This document shows, one piece after another, positions 18,655 through 27,555 of a DNA stretch of 64,000 bases. Position 1 is the first letter of the stretch, and each line of letters opens with the position of its first letter. A program made the position numbers and the translations under genes. Source of the stretch: Minisyncoccota bacterium. Its GTDB lineage: Bacteria > Patescibacteriota > Minisyncoccia > Phycocordibacterales > UBA9973. The stretch spans positions 19,405 through 83,404 of the forward strand of contig JBAYKP010000003.1 in NCBI GenBank assembly GCA_041664465.1. The letters run 5' to 3'. The notes below the pieces were generated by a model, which saw only the letters and a program-made list of their open reading frames with translations, did not search any database and was not told the DNA's origin.

Positions 18655-20478
18655 ACCACCCGACACAGCCAGATCATCCTTTGCTTTCTTAATAGCAAGG
18701 ATTTGAGATGGATCAGATGTGATAATTTGGTCTTCTGTATATGAAGCGATTGTCTTGATGGCTACGTGCTTGAGTCCAGCAAAGAATATTCCTTCTCCGA
18801 CATTGGCTTCGAGAAGTAGATACTTTTCTTCATCAGTAAGACTGAAAGTCTTCTGGAGGACATCAATAGTCGCTGGGGATTGCTTTAATAGAAGCTGAAT
18901 AGAAGAGTTCGTCACGATAGGCACGCCATAAGGGCTCTTCATAAAGTCCCCTACATCTTGGGTAATAGTAGCCAGACCTAGATAATATTTACGCCCTCTC
19001 TTAGCAATAGAATAAAGGAATGAAGCGGTATCTTCTGATTTCATCATCCACCAAGCTTCATCCACGACGAGTAATCGCTTCTTAAGATTTTTACGGACAG
19101 CATTCCAGATGAAGTGAGTGACTATATACATAGCCACAGGCTTGAGTTCATCTTCCATATCTCGCACAGAAAAGACGACGAATTTACGATTGATATCCAC
19201 ATTGGATGGTCTATTGATAAATGATGCCCAAGAACCGTGCGTATACTTCGCGATACGCTGTATTAGAGAGTTACTTCCCTCCATTCCAGCGAGGACAACT
19301 TCAAAGTCTGAAAGAAGTGGAGGTTCTATATTTGCAAAATTGGAAGATGCCGTTATGTCTTTCAGGGCATAAGTCTCTGTTATAGCTCGGTCTATGATGG
19401 AATCCTCTTCTGGCGTAAGTCCTCCGAGCATTATTCGGAATAATCCTACGAGGTTTATGGTATTGGAGCGGAGGACGTCGGCGGCTGTCTCATCCGGTCG
19501 TGGTATTGGTAGATCAAATGGGTTGATATGGTGGTCAGAGGAGAGGGCGATATTGAAATATCTACCACCTATGGCTTCTGCCAAGTATTCATATTCACGT
19601 TCAGGGTCTATGACAATAACTTCTGCATCAAACATAAGTGTACGGATAATTTCAAGCTTCGTGGCATAAGATTTACCAGCTCCAGCTGTGGCGAAAGTTA
19701 TAGAGTTGTAGTTTGGAAGAGAAAATCTGTCAAAAATGATAAGACTAGAGTTGTGCCTGTTCACTCCATAGAGAATTCCCTTATCTGAAGTCAAATCAAA
19801 TGAGACAAAAGGGAAAATACTTGAGAGAGGCTCTGTATCAAGCTTCTGATGAATTCCTAAAATATCAGTCCCCAGAGGAATAACACTTTTGAAGCCTTCA
19901 ACTTGTTGGAATAATGCTGGCTTCAAGTAGACAAGCTTAGAATCTAGAAGAGACTTCACCTCACTCTCTATTTTGAACAAATCATTTTCATTATCAGCAT
20001 AGACAGTAATATAAAGCCCCACATCAAACATTTTATTTTGAGCTTGCATTAGACTGTCACGCAAATTCTCGAGATCTTGGTAGGCAGTATCTAGCATCGG
20101 GTCGCGGACCAAACCTTTGGACTCACGGACAGATATTTGGCTTTGAACTTCCGCCACTTTCTTTTGGAAAGATCTTAGTATGTCGGCAGTTTCTATTGGG
20201 TGTATGAAGATAGAGACGTCAAAAATTTTGTCCAAGTTCACAATTGGTGAGAACCAATTATCCGTAAGATATCTAGGATAAGAAATGACGAAGAAAGTCC
20301 TCGCTATCTTATCTCCTAAATTTATAGACTTGGGGGTTATCTGAAGTGCCGAAGGTGCGATTACATCTTGGAGCTCAAGAGTGGCCGCTTTGTATATTTC
20401 GGTTGGCAAAACAGGCATAACGGTATTCGTCTGTTTTGATTTATTGCCCCCACTAAATATTGATGAAAATATTCCCAT
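18649..20478 (-). CDS. VirB4/TrbE/CagE-family T4SS ATPase, C-terminal part including the ATPase domain
   Basis: Walker A GAGKSY, Walker B hhhVVDEAW, family-typical central and C-terminal motifs. Confidence 0.75.
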   Translation of the reverse strand: MGIFSSIFSGGNKSKQTNTVMPVLPTEIYKAATLELQDVIAPSALQITPKSINLGDKIARTFFVISYPRYLTDNWFSPIVNLDKIFDVSIFIHPIETADILRSFQKKVAEVQSQISVRESKGLVRDPMLDTAYQDLENLRDSLMQAQNKMFDVGLYITVYADNENDLFKIESEVKSLLDSKLVYLKPALFQQVEGFKSVIPLGTDILGIHQKLDTEPLSSIFPFVSFDLTSDKGILYGVNRHNSSLIIFDRFSLPNYNSITFATAGAGKSYATKLEIIRTLMFDAEVIVIDPEREYEYLAEAIGGRYFNIALSSDHHINPFDLPIPRPDETAADVLRSNTINLVGLFRIMLGGLTPEEDSIIDRAITETYALKDITASSNFANIEPPLLSDFEVVLAGMEGSNSLIQRIAKYTHGSWASFINRPSNVDINRKFVVFSVRDMEDELKPVAMYIVTHFIWNAVRKNLKKRLLVVDEAWWMMKSEDTASFLYSIAKRGRKYYLGLATITQDVGDFMKSPYGVPIVTNSSIQLLLKQSPATIDVLQKTFSLTDEEKYLLLEANVGEGIFFAGLKHVAIKTIASYTEDQIITSDPSQILAIKKAKDDLAVSGGN

Positions 20479-20485
20479 AATAATT

Positions 20486-21139
20486 TTATTGTAATTTAAT
20501 TCCTTGACTAATATCCCCAGGATTGAATGTCTTATAGAAAAGTTCTACGACTTCGTCCGTTTTAAGCTGACTACTTCGTATCCCTATCCCACTTAATCCA
20601 TTAATAATGACGTTCGTTCTTTGTTCTAGCTGGCTACGCTTCTCCTCGAAAGATGCTAGATCCATAGCCTTCTTGGTATCCTCTACTTGTTTCTTGGGGG
20701 CTCCGCCACCAATCAGACTATCTACTATGCCATTCCCAGATTTTATAATACTTGAACTATATGGCACAACGACGAAGAAAGTTTTCGTCATTATGTTCAC
20801 TTCATCTGTGAAAGATCGAATGAAGTCTATATATTCTTTCGTCTGTATTTTAAGGAGGGGTTCGGTTTGCTCTTTCAAGCGATTCTCAAGCATTAAGAGA
20901 TATGGCCTTATATTCAAGCGTCTGGACTGGATTACAATTTGAGTGGAGAAATCTAGACCATTTAAGAATGATTGGAATTGATTAATAATGGCGACTTGTT
21001 CATCGGAAGACTTAAGAGAGAGGTTGATGGAGGAAGCGATAAGGATAGCACGAAGACCACCATCCTTAAGTACAATGATGCCATTGCGGACCTCCTTTAT
21101 AGGAACGAACTCTTGTGCTGCTTTTGAATCAATTGCCAT
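20486..21139 (-). CDS. VirB4-family N-terminal domain, separate ORF ending 7 nt upstream of the ATPase ORF in a different frame
   Basis: pattern IKEVRNGIIVLKDGGLRAILIASSINLSLKSSDEQVAIINQFQSFLN typical of conjugative VirB4 N-termini; the two ORFs total 826 aa. Confidence 0.5.
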   Translation of the reverse strand: MAIDSKAAQEFVPIKEVRNGIIVLKDGGLRAILIASSINLSLKSSDEQVAIINQFQSFLNGLDFSTQIVIQSRRLNIRPYLLMLENRLKEQTEPLLKIQTKEYIDFIRSFTDEVNIMTKTFFVVVPYSSSIIKSGNGIVDSLIGGGAPKKQVEDTKKAMDLASFEEKRSQLEQRTNVIINGLSGIGIRSSQLKTDEVVELFYKTFNPGDISQGIKLQ

Positions 21140-21163
21140 AATTTATACTAATATTATATCACA

Positions 21164-21574
21164 CTATTTATCGTTTCTATCTTGAACGTCCAAACTCCAA
21201 GATAAATCCTTCAATTTACTTTCTGAAAGCATTGGTACATTGGATATGGTAGTGGGCATTTGCACATCTTCATCTTGTATATCCCCTTTCTTTACAAGTC
21301 TTTGCTTCCACAAGTAAAGTTTGCTTGAGATTAAGTAATTAAAAGAAGCTTCTAAATAATATATGAAAGGCTTGCCATTTATTTTCACAAAGACGAGGCA
21401 GACAGTAAGCCCAGCGACGGGTAAGATAAGGAAGATGCCTATCCAAAGTGGCAAGATTTTGTATATGACGAAAATTATTCCTCCTCCACCAATCAAAAAG
21501 GCAAATTGGCGAAAGGTAAAAGGGCCAAAAATTTTATCTTCTATGTCTATAAATTGTGGTACTTTGAATTGCAT
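21164..21574 (-). CDS. small two-TM membrane protein, PrgI/VirB3-like
   Basis: 136 aa, two TM helices, immediately upstream of VirB4. Confidence 0.4.
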   Translation of the reverse strand: MQFKVPQFIDIEDKIFGPFTFRQFAFLIGGGGIIFVIYKILPLWIGIFLILPVAGLTVCLVFVKINGKPFIYYLEASFNYLISSKLYLWKQRLVKKGDIQDEDVQMPTTISNVPMLSESKLKDLSWSLDVQDRNDK

Positions 21575-21576
21575 AT

Positions 21577-22602
21577 CTATATTTCCTCATGATATGGATC
21601 GTGAGGTTTTGATTGAGGTTCTCCGCTCATCTTTGGTAGAGAATAGTCACTTACAGAAGCTTTGCTAGTTGTATTACCGAATAGTTTATTGGTGATGATG
21701 TTGGGAGTAGGTGTGGATTTTTCATCATCTGAAATTATTTCTATGCCGTGTTCTTTATACATATCAGTTTCTTTGGTATTCGTATTTGCAATTATATTTT
21801 CTATTTCACTTTGAGAAGACCCCTTCTGCCCTTCAGGCATCTCCCCCTTAGCAGGGGGCGAAGAAAATACAGGTGATGGTATCGGAACAACTTCTTCTTT
21901 CTTTTTCGCATAAGGCGGAAGTGGCACCTCATCATTTGATTTTTCATTCTTAACTACTTTTATCCCTTCTTCTTCTACATTTTTTATATTTTTAAATATA
22001 TTTTCATTTATTTCCCCCACCATTTCTTGTATTTTATCATTCCCCAAGTCTATCTTGGACCTTATGGCATCTTCATATTGATTACCCGCTATGGTATTCA
22101 GTATTACCTTTACTGTGATGTCTTCTAATATTCCCATTTGCTCCACATTAATCTTATACTTTCTAGCTACATCATATAATTTTTCTTTCCAATTAGAATA
22201 AGCAATTGATTCTTGGATGTCTTTCGGTAAGCTTGCAAAACGAAGATCAAGATTTTTATTATTTAAAGAGATTGCGTTGGATTGGAAAGTTTCAGTAAGC
22301 TCTCCTTTTATTGTTTTAAGGATATTTTCATCTATTTCTATTAATATTTTTTCTGTAACTTCTTTTTCTAATTCCAAATCTTTCCTTAAAATATTTTGAT
22401 ATTCTTCAATATGAATAATACCCAGTAATACCAAGGTGGTTTCTGTGGCTAAAATTTCTATCCGATTTTCTTTTAAACCATATTTAATACCAAGTTCTTT
22501 AAGTTTTTCCATCCAGAGCATAGAAGAGAAAACACTCTGAGCCTCTTTCGGGAGCTTCTGGTAGTATTCTGCTATTTTTTGTTGTAATTGTATTTGATCC
22601 AT
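21577..22602 (-). CDS. hypothetical protein; contains an in-frame partial copy of repeat family 2 (plus 21841-21860, encoding SPPAKGE)
   Basis: no recognisable family; inside the T4SS-like operon. Confidence 0.45.
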   Translation of the reverse strand: MDQIQLQQKIAEYYQKLPKEAQSVFSSMLWMEKLKELGIKYGLKENRIEILATETTLVLLGIIHIEEYQNILRKDLELEKEVTEKILIEIDENILKTIKGELTETFQSNAISLNNKNLDLRFASLPKDIQESIAYSNWKEKLYDVARKYKINVEQMGILEDITVKVILNTIAGNQYEDAIRSKIDLGNDKIQEMVGEINENIFKNIKNVEEEGIKVVKNEKSNDEVPLPPYAKKKEEVVPIPSPVFSSPPAKGEMPEGQKGSSQSEIENIIANTNTKETDMYKEHGIEIISDDEKSTPTPNIITNKLFGNTTSKASVSDYSLPKMSGEPQSKPHDPYHEEI

Positions 22603-22611
22603 AGTTATTTT

Positions 22612-25374
22612 TTAGTGATGAGCCCCACCTCCTCCATGTGCATCTCCTCCTGTGCTTGTTGGTGCTTTTGGAACTTCTATTTTTACACCCTTCAGTGCTT
22701 CTGTAATTGTTGCTCCTATATCTTTTATCGCATCTCCTTGCCCTTGTCCGTGGTTAACCCCAGAGCTCTTTAATCCAGCACGAACACCAAGAGCTACTCC
22801 AGCAATCATAGCAGTTGGAATTTTATTAAAGAATCCGTCTCTCTTATCTGTATTAACTTGAGAAATATTTCGAACATCATAACTAGCCTTATTTGATCTA
22901 GCGAAGCCTCTTGTAAGCATTGAAACATTTTGTTTAGATTCTTCACGTAAGTGTTTGAATAATCCTTCAAGTTGAGCATCTGTTGTAACTTTTACTGCGG
23001 CATTTAATTTGATATCCAATTCATCTTCCATTTTCTTCTGTACTTCACCCTTTAACTCACCATTTTTATCCAAATTCTTTGAATCTTTTTTCAACTCAGC
23101 AGCCACTTCTTCTCGGTTTTTTGATTTGAACGCCTTTTCTCCTACAAAACTACGGCCCTTTTCATCTACAATTCTTGCTTCGTTTTTACCAGTAGCATCA
23201 AGACCTTTTCTTGCATTTGTTTCAACATCAGATCTCTTTGTCTTATTAAAGGTTGTTTTTAGCTTGTTTTCATCTTCACCAGAAATATTACTATCTTCTA
23301 ATATATTACCATTAGCATCTACAAGTCCAGCAGCTTTCTTCGTCTCGTCTATTTCATGACGAGCATGGTCAATCTTATTCGTATCTCTTTGTGATTTATT
23401 TAGCTGAGCACCCAAACGACTAAATACGTTAGTTTTAGGAACAGCATTTGCCTTTTTATGATCTTCCCATGTTGGTTTAGCCCCTCTTGTTTTAGGATCT
23501 GCAGCTTTCCACTTCTCAAGGTTATCATTGAATTTAATTTTTTCTGTTTTTATTTTATCAAGATTTTCTGGAGTAGCTCCTTCCATTCGTGACATTTTAG
23601 CTATTCCTGCACCAACGACTCTTCTTCCTAATAATGCAGTTCCAAGTGCCGCTCCACCAAGAAGCATTCCACCAGTTGCGGCTATTCCTCCTGTAATTTG
23701 TTTACCTATCTCCCCAGACATATCTGAAGCGATACCTTTTGCTTTTATAAGGAAAATCATTATAAAAATAAAAGGTATGGTTATTCCTAAAATAAAATCT
23801 AAACCACTTTTACCATCGGTAGAGAAAAGACCTAGCCCAGTATCAAGGAATTTAATTATTATATATAAAAAGAAAATAAATACAGGGGCAAGGAATGCCA
23901 TCTTCAAAGTATCTGGCCACCAATTCTTCCATCCAATCATTTTTATACTAGACATTTCAGGAAGTATATAAGTGAAGAATGCAAGTGGGGCTAGGATCAT
24001 AGCGAGCCAGAGTCCGATGACTCGAGCCACGAACATTAATCCAACAGAAATAAATACAATAATCCCAACAATATTAATGGCGGATGTTAGTAAAATAACC
24101 AAGATAAAAGTGCTAGCAGAGATTCCATTTTTTTGGGTTCCATCTGATCCAATATTTCCTTTTGCTGTTATATTACCGACGTCTGATGCATTTATAATTA
24201 ATTTTTGTGGATTAATTTTTGAAACAAGCGCTTCTGATAATTTTATTTCACCGGTAGATCCAGGTGCATTTTGTATTACCCCATCAATCTTGGGGCCTAC
24301 TTTTATAGCGTCTGAATTGTAGAAAACTCTAGCAGTAATATTGGATGCATCAATAATCACTTGAGTAGCGAAAAGAGAAAAGTTTATAAATAGTCCAATG
24401 ATAACTATATTTATAATAGTTTCTTTGGTTTTCACACTATGCAAGTTTAGTATTGTGCCTATCGCTATATAAAGCATTATGAATATGAAAAATAAATTAC
24501 AGAAATCACGCACAAGCCCCCAGCCTTGCACTACGAAAGTAGACCGATACGAAGAATCTTGGACAGAGTATGAAAAAGTTTTATCAAACAGTGTTCCAGA
24601 TAAAGCAAATAAAACAGAAGTTGGTTTGAAGACTGCCCAATAAAGAAGACTACCAAAACAGCCACCAATATTACTCCAAAAATTCCATGGACATTGTGGT
24701 AGTATAGAATCAAGATAATTTTGATTAACATTTACATTTTTATCAAGAGTCACCACCTGTGGGTTATCAGCGCTGTTTGTTGTTATTGCGGGAGATTCAC
24801 CTATGGATGTTTCATTTGATTCAGTACCGGGATCTGCAAGTTTAGCACCAATTGCAATACCGACTGCCATTCCTAAAGGATTTAAAGTAAAAATTCCTGC
24901 TACAACACCACCAGCAAATCCACCAGCAGCACTAACGATAGTGGAGGCCCAAAGAGGAGTTGTTTGCGATGCAACAGTTTTTAAAACATATGTTGTGCTA
25001 GGATTTAAGTTTGGAAAATTAAAGCTACCAGTTCTTACTACATAAGCTTCTTTCTCCATAGTAGTATTATCTCTTACTGCATCTTCAAGTTTAATATTCT
25101 GTACGAAAAGTGCGACATTATTTGTGTCTAAAAGATAAACAATTGCCGCAGCCTTACTTATATTAAAATCACCACTTTCAAAGACAACGCGTACGGTCCC
25201 AGATATTGTGGTGTTTGTCTTTTGTGGAGATGTTGTTACTTTTATACTATCAGCCGCACTGGCTTCATTCTTCCCAATCTCCACCTTATTTTTATTCCAC
25301 CCCACACTAAACGGAGCGAAGAGGTTCGCAGAGATTATGAGTGATATTAAGATGTATGATATGATTCTCTTCAT
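22612..25374 (-). CDS. large polytopic membrane protein, VirB6/TrbL-like candidate: signal peptide, roughly 300-aa exodomain, multi-TM core, long Lys/Glu-rich tail ending in Gly/His
   Basis: topology read from the translation; head of the operon containing VirB3/VirB4. Confidence 0.45.
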   Translation of the reverse strand: MKRIISYILISLIISANLFAPFSVGWNKNKVEIGKNEASAADSIKVTTSPQKTNTTISGTVRVVFESGDFNISKAAAIVYLLDTNNVALFVQNIKLEDAVRDNTTMEKEAYVVRTGSFNFPNLNPSTTYVLKTVASQTTPLWASTIVSAAGGFAGGVVAGIFTLNPLGMAVGIAIGAKLADPGTESNETSIGESPAITTNSADNPQVVTLDKNVNVNQNYLDSILPQCPWNFWSNIGGCFGSLLYWAVFKPTSVLFALSGTLFDKTFSYSVQDSSYRSTFVVQGWGLVRDFCNLFFIFIMLYIAIGTILNLHSVKTKETIINIVIIGLFINFSLFATQVIIDASNITARVFYNSDAIKVGPKIDGVIQNAPGSTGEIKLSEALVSKINPQKLIINASDVGNITAKGNIGSDGTQKNGISASTFILVILLTSAINIVGIIVFISVGLMFVARVIGLWLAMILAPLAFFTYILPEMSSIKMIGWKNWWPDTLKMAFLAPVFIFFLYIIIKFLDTGLGLFSTDGKSGLDFILGITIPFIFIMIFLIKAKGIASDMSGEIGKQITGGIAATGGMLLGGAALGTALLGRRVVGAGIAKMSRMEGATPENLDKIKTEKIKFNDNLEKWKAADPKTRGAKPTWEDHKKANAVPKTNVFSRLGAQLNKSQRDTNKIDHARHEIDETKKAAGLVDANGNILEDSNISGEDENKLKTTFNKTKRSDVETNARKGLDATGKNEARIVDEKGRSFVGEKAFKSKNREEVAAELKKDSKNLDKNGELKGEVQKKMEDELDIKLNAAVKVTTDAQLEGLFKHLREESKQNVSMLTRGFARSNKASYDVRNISQVNTDKRDGFFNKIPTAMIAGVALGVRAGLKSSGVNHGQGQGDAIKDIGATITEALKGVKIEVPKAPTSTGGDAHGGGGAHH

Positions 25375-25472
25375 TTTTTCTTTCTATTTCTTAACCCTTT
25401 TTCCAATTCTTAATTCGTAATTTTTAATTCCTAATTATTTATATTATAGCATTTTAATTATAAATTACATCT

Positions 25473-26171
25473 TTAATTACTATTATTATCAAGATTTAAT
25501 TTTAGTAAGAAAATAGTCTCCTTTTTAAGTTTTTCACGGGCCCAATCCTTTTGAGACGAAGAAAGCAATTCCCCAAGACCGTCTAAGATATGCTTATTAT
25601 CCATATTTTCAAGCATCTTTATACACTTGATCAAAGTATCTTTAAAAGATATACCAGATCTATTTTCCACTATCTTTTTATTTATCTCCCAGTTGTTTTT
25701 ATAAAAGAAATAAACATCAAATATGTCTCTGCTTGTTTTGCCAATTCTTTCATACATAGCCATAAGTTTATGGGCAAACATATCTTCTTTGACCATTACA
25801 AGCATTGAGATGCCGAGCAATGTTTTAATCTCATATTTAGAGCCAAATTGTCTACGGCTCACTTCTACTTTTATTTGCTGAGCTCCTTTCTTATATGAAA
25901 TAATATTAAGCAAATTGAAATGCTTTATCCTAGATTCTGTGATAGTCCCATAGCTTTCAGTAATTTTCTGAATCTTATTAAAGACCTCTTCTTCCTTAGT
26001 ATCATCCAATAAATCAAAATCAAGATCCACTGAATTACGATCTAAGCCGTAGAATAAAAGAGCGGCAGTGCCACCTTTGAATCCAAGATATGGAGAGATA
26101 GAGGTGTCAGAATAAATATCTTTCAAGATTTGAAGTAATATATTTTTGTGTTTTGAATAGTCTAATGTCAT
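25473..26171 (-). CDS. AbiEii/AbiGii-family nucleotidyltransferase (type IV toxin-antitoxin or abortive-infection toxin)
   Basis: FKGGTAALLFYGLDRNSVDLDFDL matches the family GGTAL...R.S.DLDF signature. Confidence 0.55.
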   Translation of the reverse strand: MTLDYSKHKNILLQILKDIYSDTSISPYLGFKGGTAALLFYGLDRNSVDLDFDLLDDTKEEEVFNKIQKITESYGTITESRIKHFNLLNIISYKKGAQQIKVEVSRRQFGSKYEIKTLLGISMLVMVKEDMFAHKLMAMYERIGKTSRDIFDVYFFYKNNWEINKKIVENRSGISFKDTLIKCIKMLENMDNKHILDGLGELLSSSQKDWAREKLKKETIFLLKLNLDNNSN

Positions 26172-26191
26172 ATTTTTTTATTTTCTTCTTT

Positions 26192-26839
26192 TTATTTTTT
26201 AAAATCATCATAATACTTCTTCACGGTTTTTGCCATTCTCTTATTATGATAGATTGGCAAGATTTCAAATACTTTTTCCCAATCTAATGGGTTTGTGTTA
26301 TCAATATAATATTTTTTACTTACATATATACGGTCTAAGTAAGCACGCTCTTTTGTTGCTCTGGCATAACCGTCACTATTTTCAATTCCTAAAGTATTAC
26401 TTAATACATAATCTTTCATTCTAATAAATTCTATTTTTTGTCCATCAACTTCCATTTCTCTTTTTATGTATGAAGCCACAAAAATATTTCCATAATATTG
26501 GAAAGTCATACCAGATGAACCCAAGACAGTTTCAAAGCTGATATATGAAGGAGTATTTATTCTAGTGGCTAATTCAAAGCGGTTATAGTTTTTATCTTTA
26601 ACATATAAACCACGATGAACTCTAATCAACTTCTTTGCTTTAACGTAGTAATTCAATCTCACACGCACAGGTCCGTTAGCCTTTTCTCCCCACATTAAAG
26701 CAACATCTTTATTGGAAAAGACGGTTTTACTAGACCTCAATAAAATATCTAAATATTCCCCTTTTTGAATTTTTTTATCCATATATCTACTGGAACTTAG
26801 TTTAAACCTAACATCCAGTCCATATACTAGCATAAACAA
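26192..26839 (-). CDS. AbiEi-family antitoxin/transcriptional regulator candidate
   Basis: directly upstream of AbiEii on the same strand; LIRVHRGLYV matches the AbiEi motif; probable start at the internal MDKK. Confidence 0.45.
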   Translation of the reverse strand: MFMLVYGLDVRFKLSSSRYMDKKIQKGEYLDILLRSSKTVFSNKDVALMWGEKANGPVRVRLNYYVKAKKLIRVHRGLYVKDKNYNRFELATRINTPSYISFETVLGSSGMTFQYYGNIFVASYIKREMEVDGQKIEFIRMKDYVLSNTLGIENSDGYARATKERAYLDRIYVSKKYYIDNTNPLDWEKVFEILPIYHNKRMAKTVKKYYDDFKK

Positions 26840-26986
26840 TATATAAATACAACCCTTTTAATCTCCTCCTTATAGAGTGGCTGTAAGCCGGGATGGACTG
26901 ACATTTGACACATTTTACATATCTGATATACTGTACTTACATTCGGGATTTTCCCGCGACCCTACTGGTAAAACAGTGGGGAATAT

Positions 26987-27400
26987 TTATTTATACAGAC
27001 TATTAAACCCTATTCTAACCTTTTTAAAATCTTCACCATCTAATGTTCCAAGTTTTGAGAATAGTCTACGATAATCCACAACCCTTACTTGATGTAAACA
27101 AGCAAACATTTCTATGTTTTTATGAATAAAACCCACATACCAAGAACCCCTTTTGTCTTTCGTTGTAGTAGGAATAATAAGATAGAAACTGTGTGATAGT
27201 TTCTTATAAATAATTCCAGGTCTTGTAAATATTTCACTTTTACCATTTATCTCTGATCCAACATTTTCTCCTAGACTTATCCACCAAATATCTCCCTCTG
27301 ATACAAAAGGAGGCCGCGATTCTTTATTGTGCAACTTCTCTTTCAACCCTATCCATTCTAGAAATTTTTTAATTATATTATGTTTTTCTTTTTCCAACAT
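26987..27400 (-). CDS. MazF/PemK-like endoribonuclease toxin with about 40-aa N-terminal extension
   Basis: GDIWWISLGENVGSEI...RPGII, IIPTTTK and HQVRVVDYRRL align with MazF GDLIWVDF...RPAVVL, CVPCTTQ and ADQVKSIAWRAR. Confidence 0.5.
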   Translation of the reverse strand: MLEKEKHNIIKKFLEWIGLKEKLHNKESRPPFVSEGDIWWISLGENVGSEINGKSEIFTRPGIIYKKLSHSFYLIIPTTTKDKRGSWYVGFIHKNIEMFACLHQVRVVDYRRLFSKLGTLDGEDFKKVRIGFNSLYK

Positions 27401-27418
27401 ATTGTTTTTTGTATTTTT

Positions 27419-27543
27419 GCTCCCCTGCTAAGGGGTGAGCTTGGGATTATGGGACCCAAGCGCAAGACCGTGAACGTTTTGTAACCAGAATGTGAACGGT
27501 GTACTGCTCCTGTAAGGAGGTGCCCGTAGGGCGAGGGGGTCTC
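27419..27543. repeat. hairpin repeat family 2, copy C, expanded with about 85 nt of additional GC-rich hairpins
   Basis: gctcccctgctaagggg ... gcttgggattatgggacccaagc ... tgcccgtagggcgagggggtc; intergenic. Confidence 0.45.
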
Positions 27544-27555
27544 TTAATTATAATC

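Noticed and set aside
22652-24322. Chain of plus-strand ORFs (69-147 aa) inside the VirB6-like gene
   Set aside because: Antisense to a long, clearly coding minus-strand ORF; low-complexity Pro/Ser/Ile-rich translations typical of antisense frames in AT-rich DNA.
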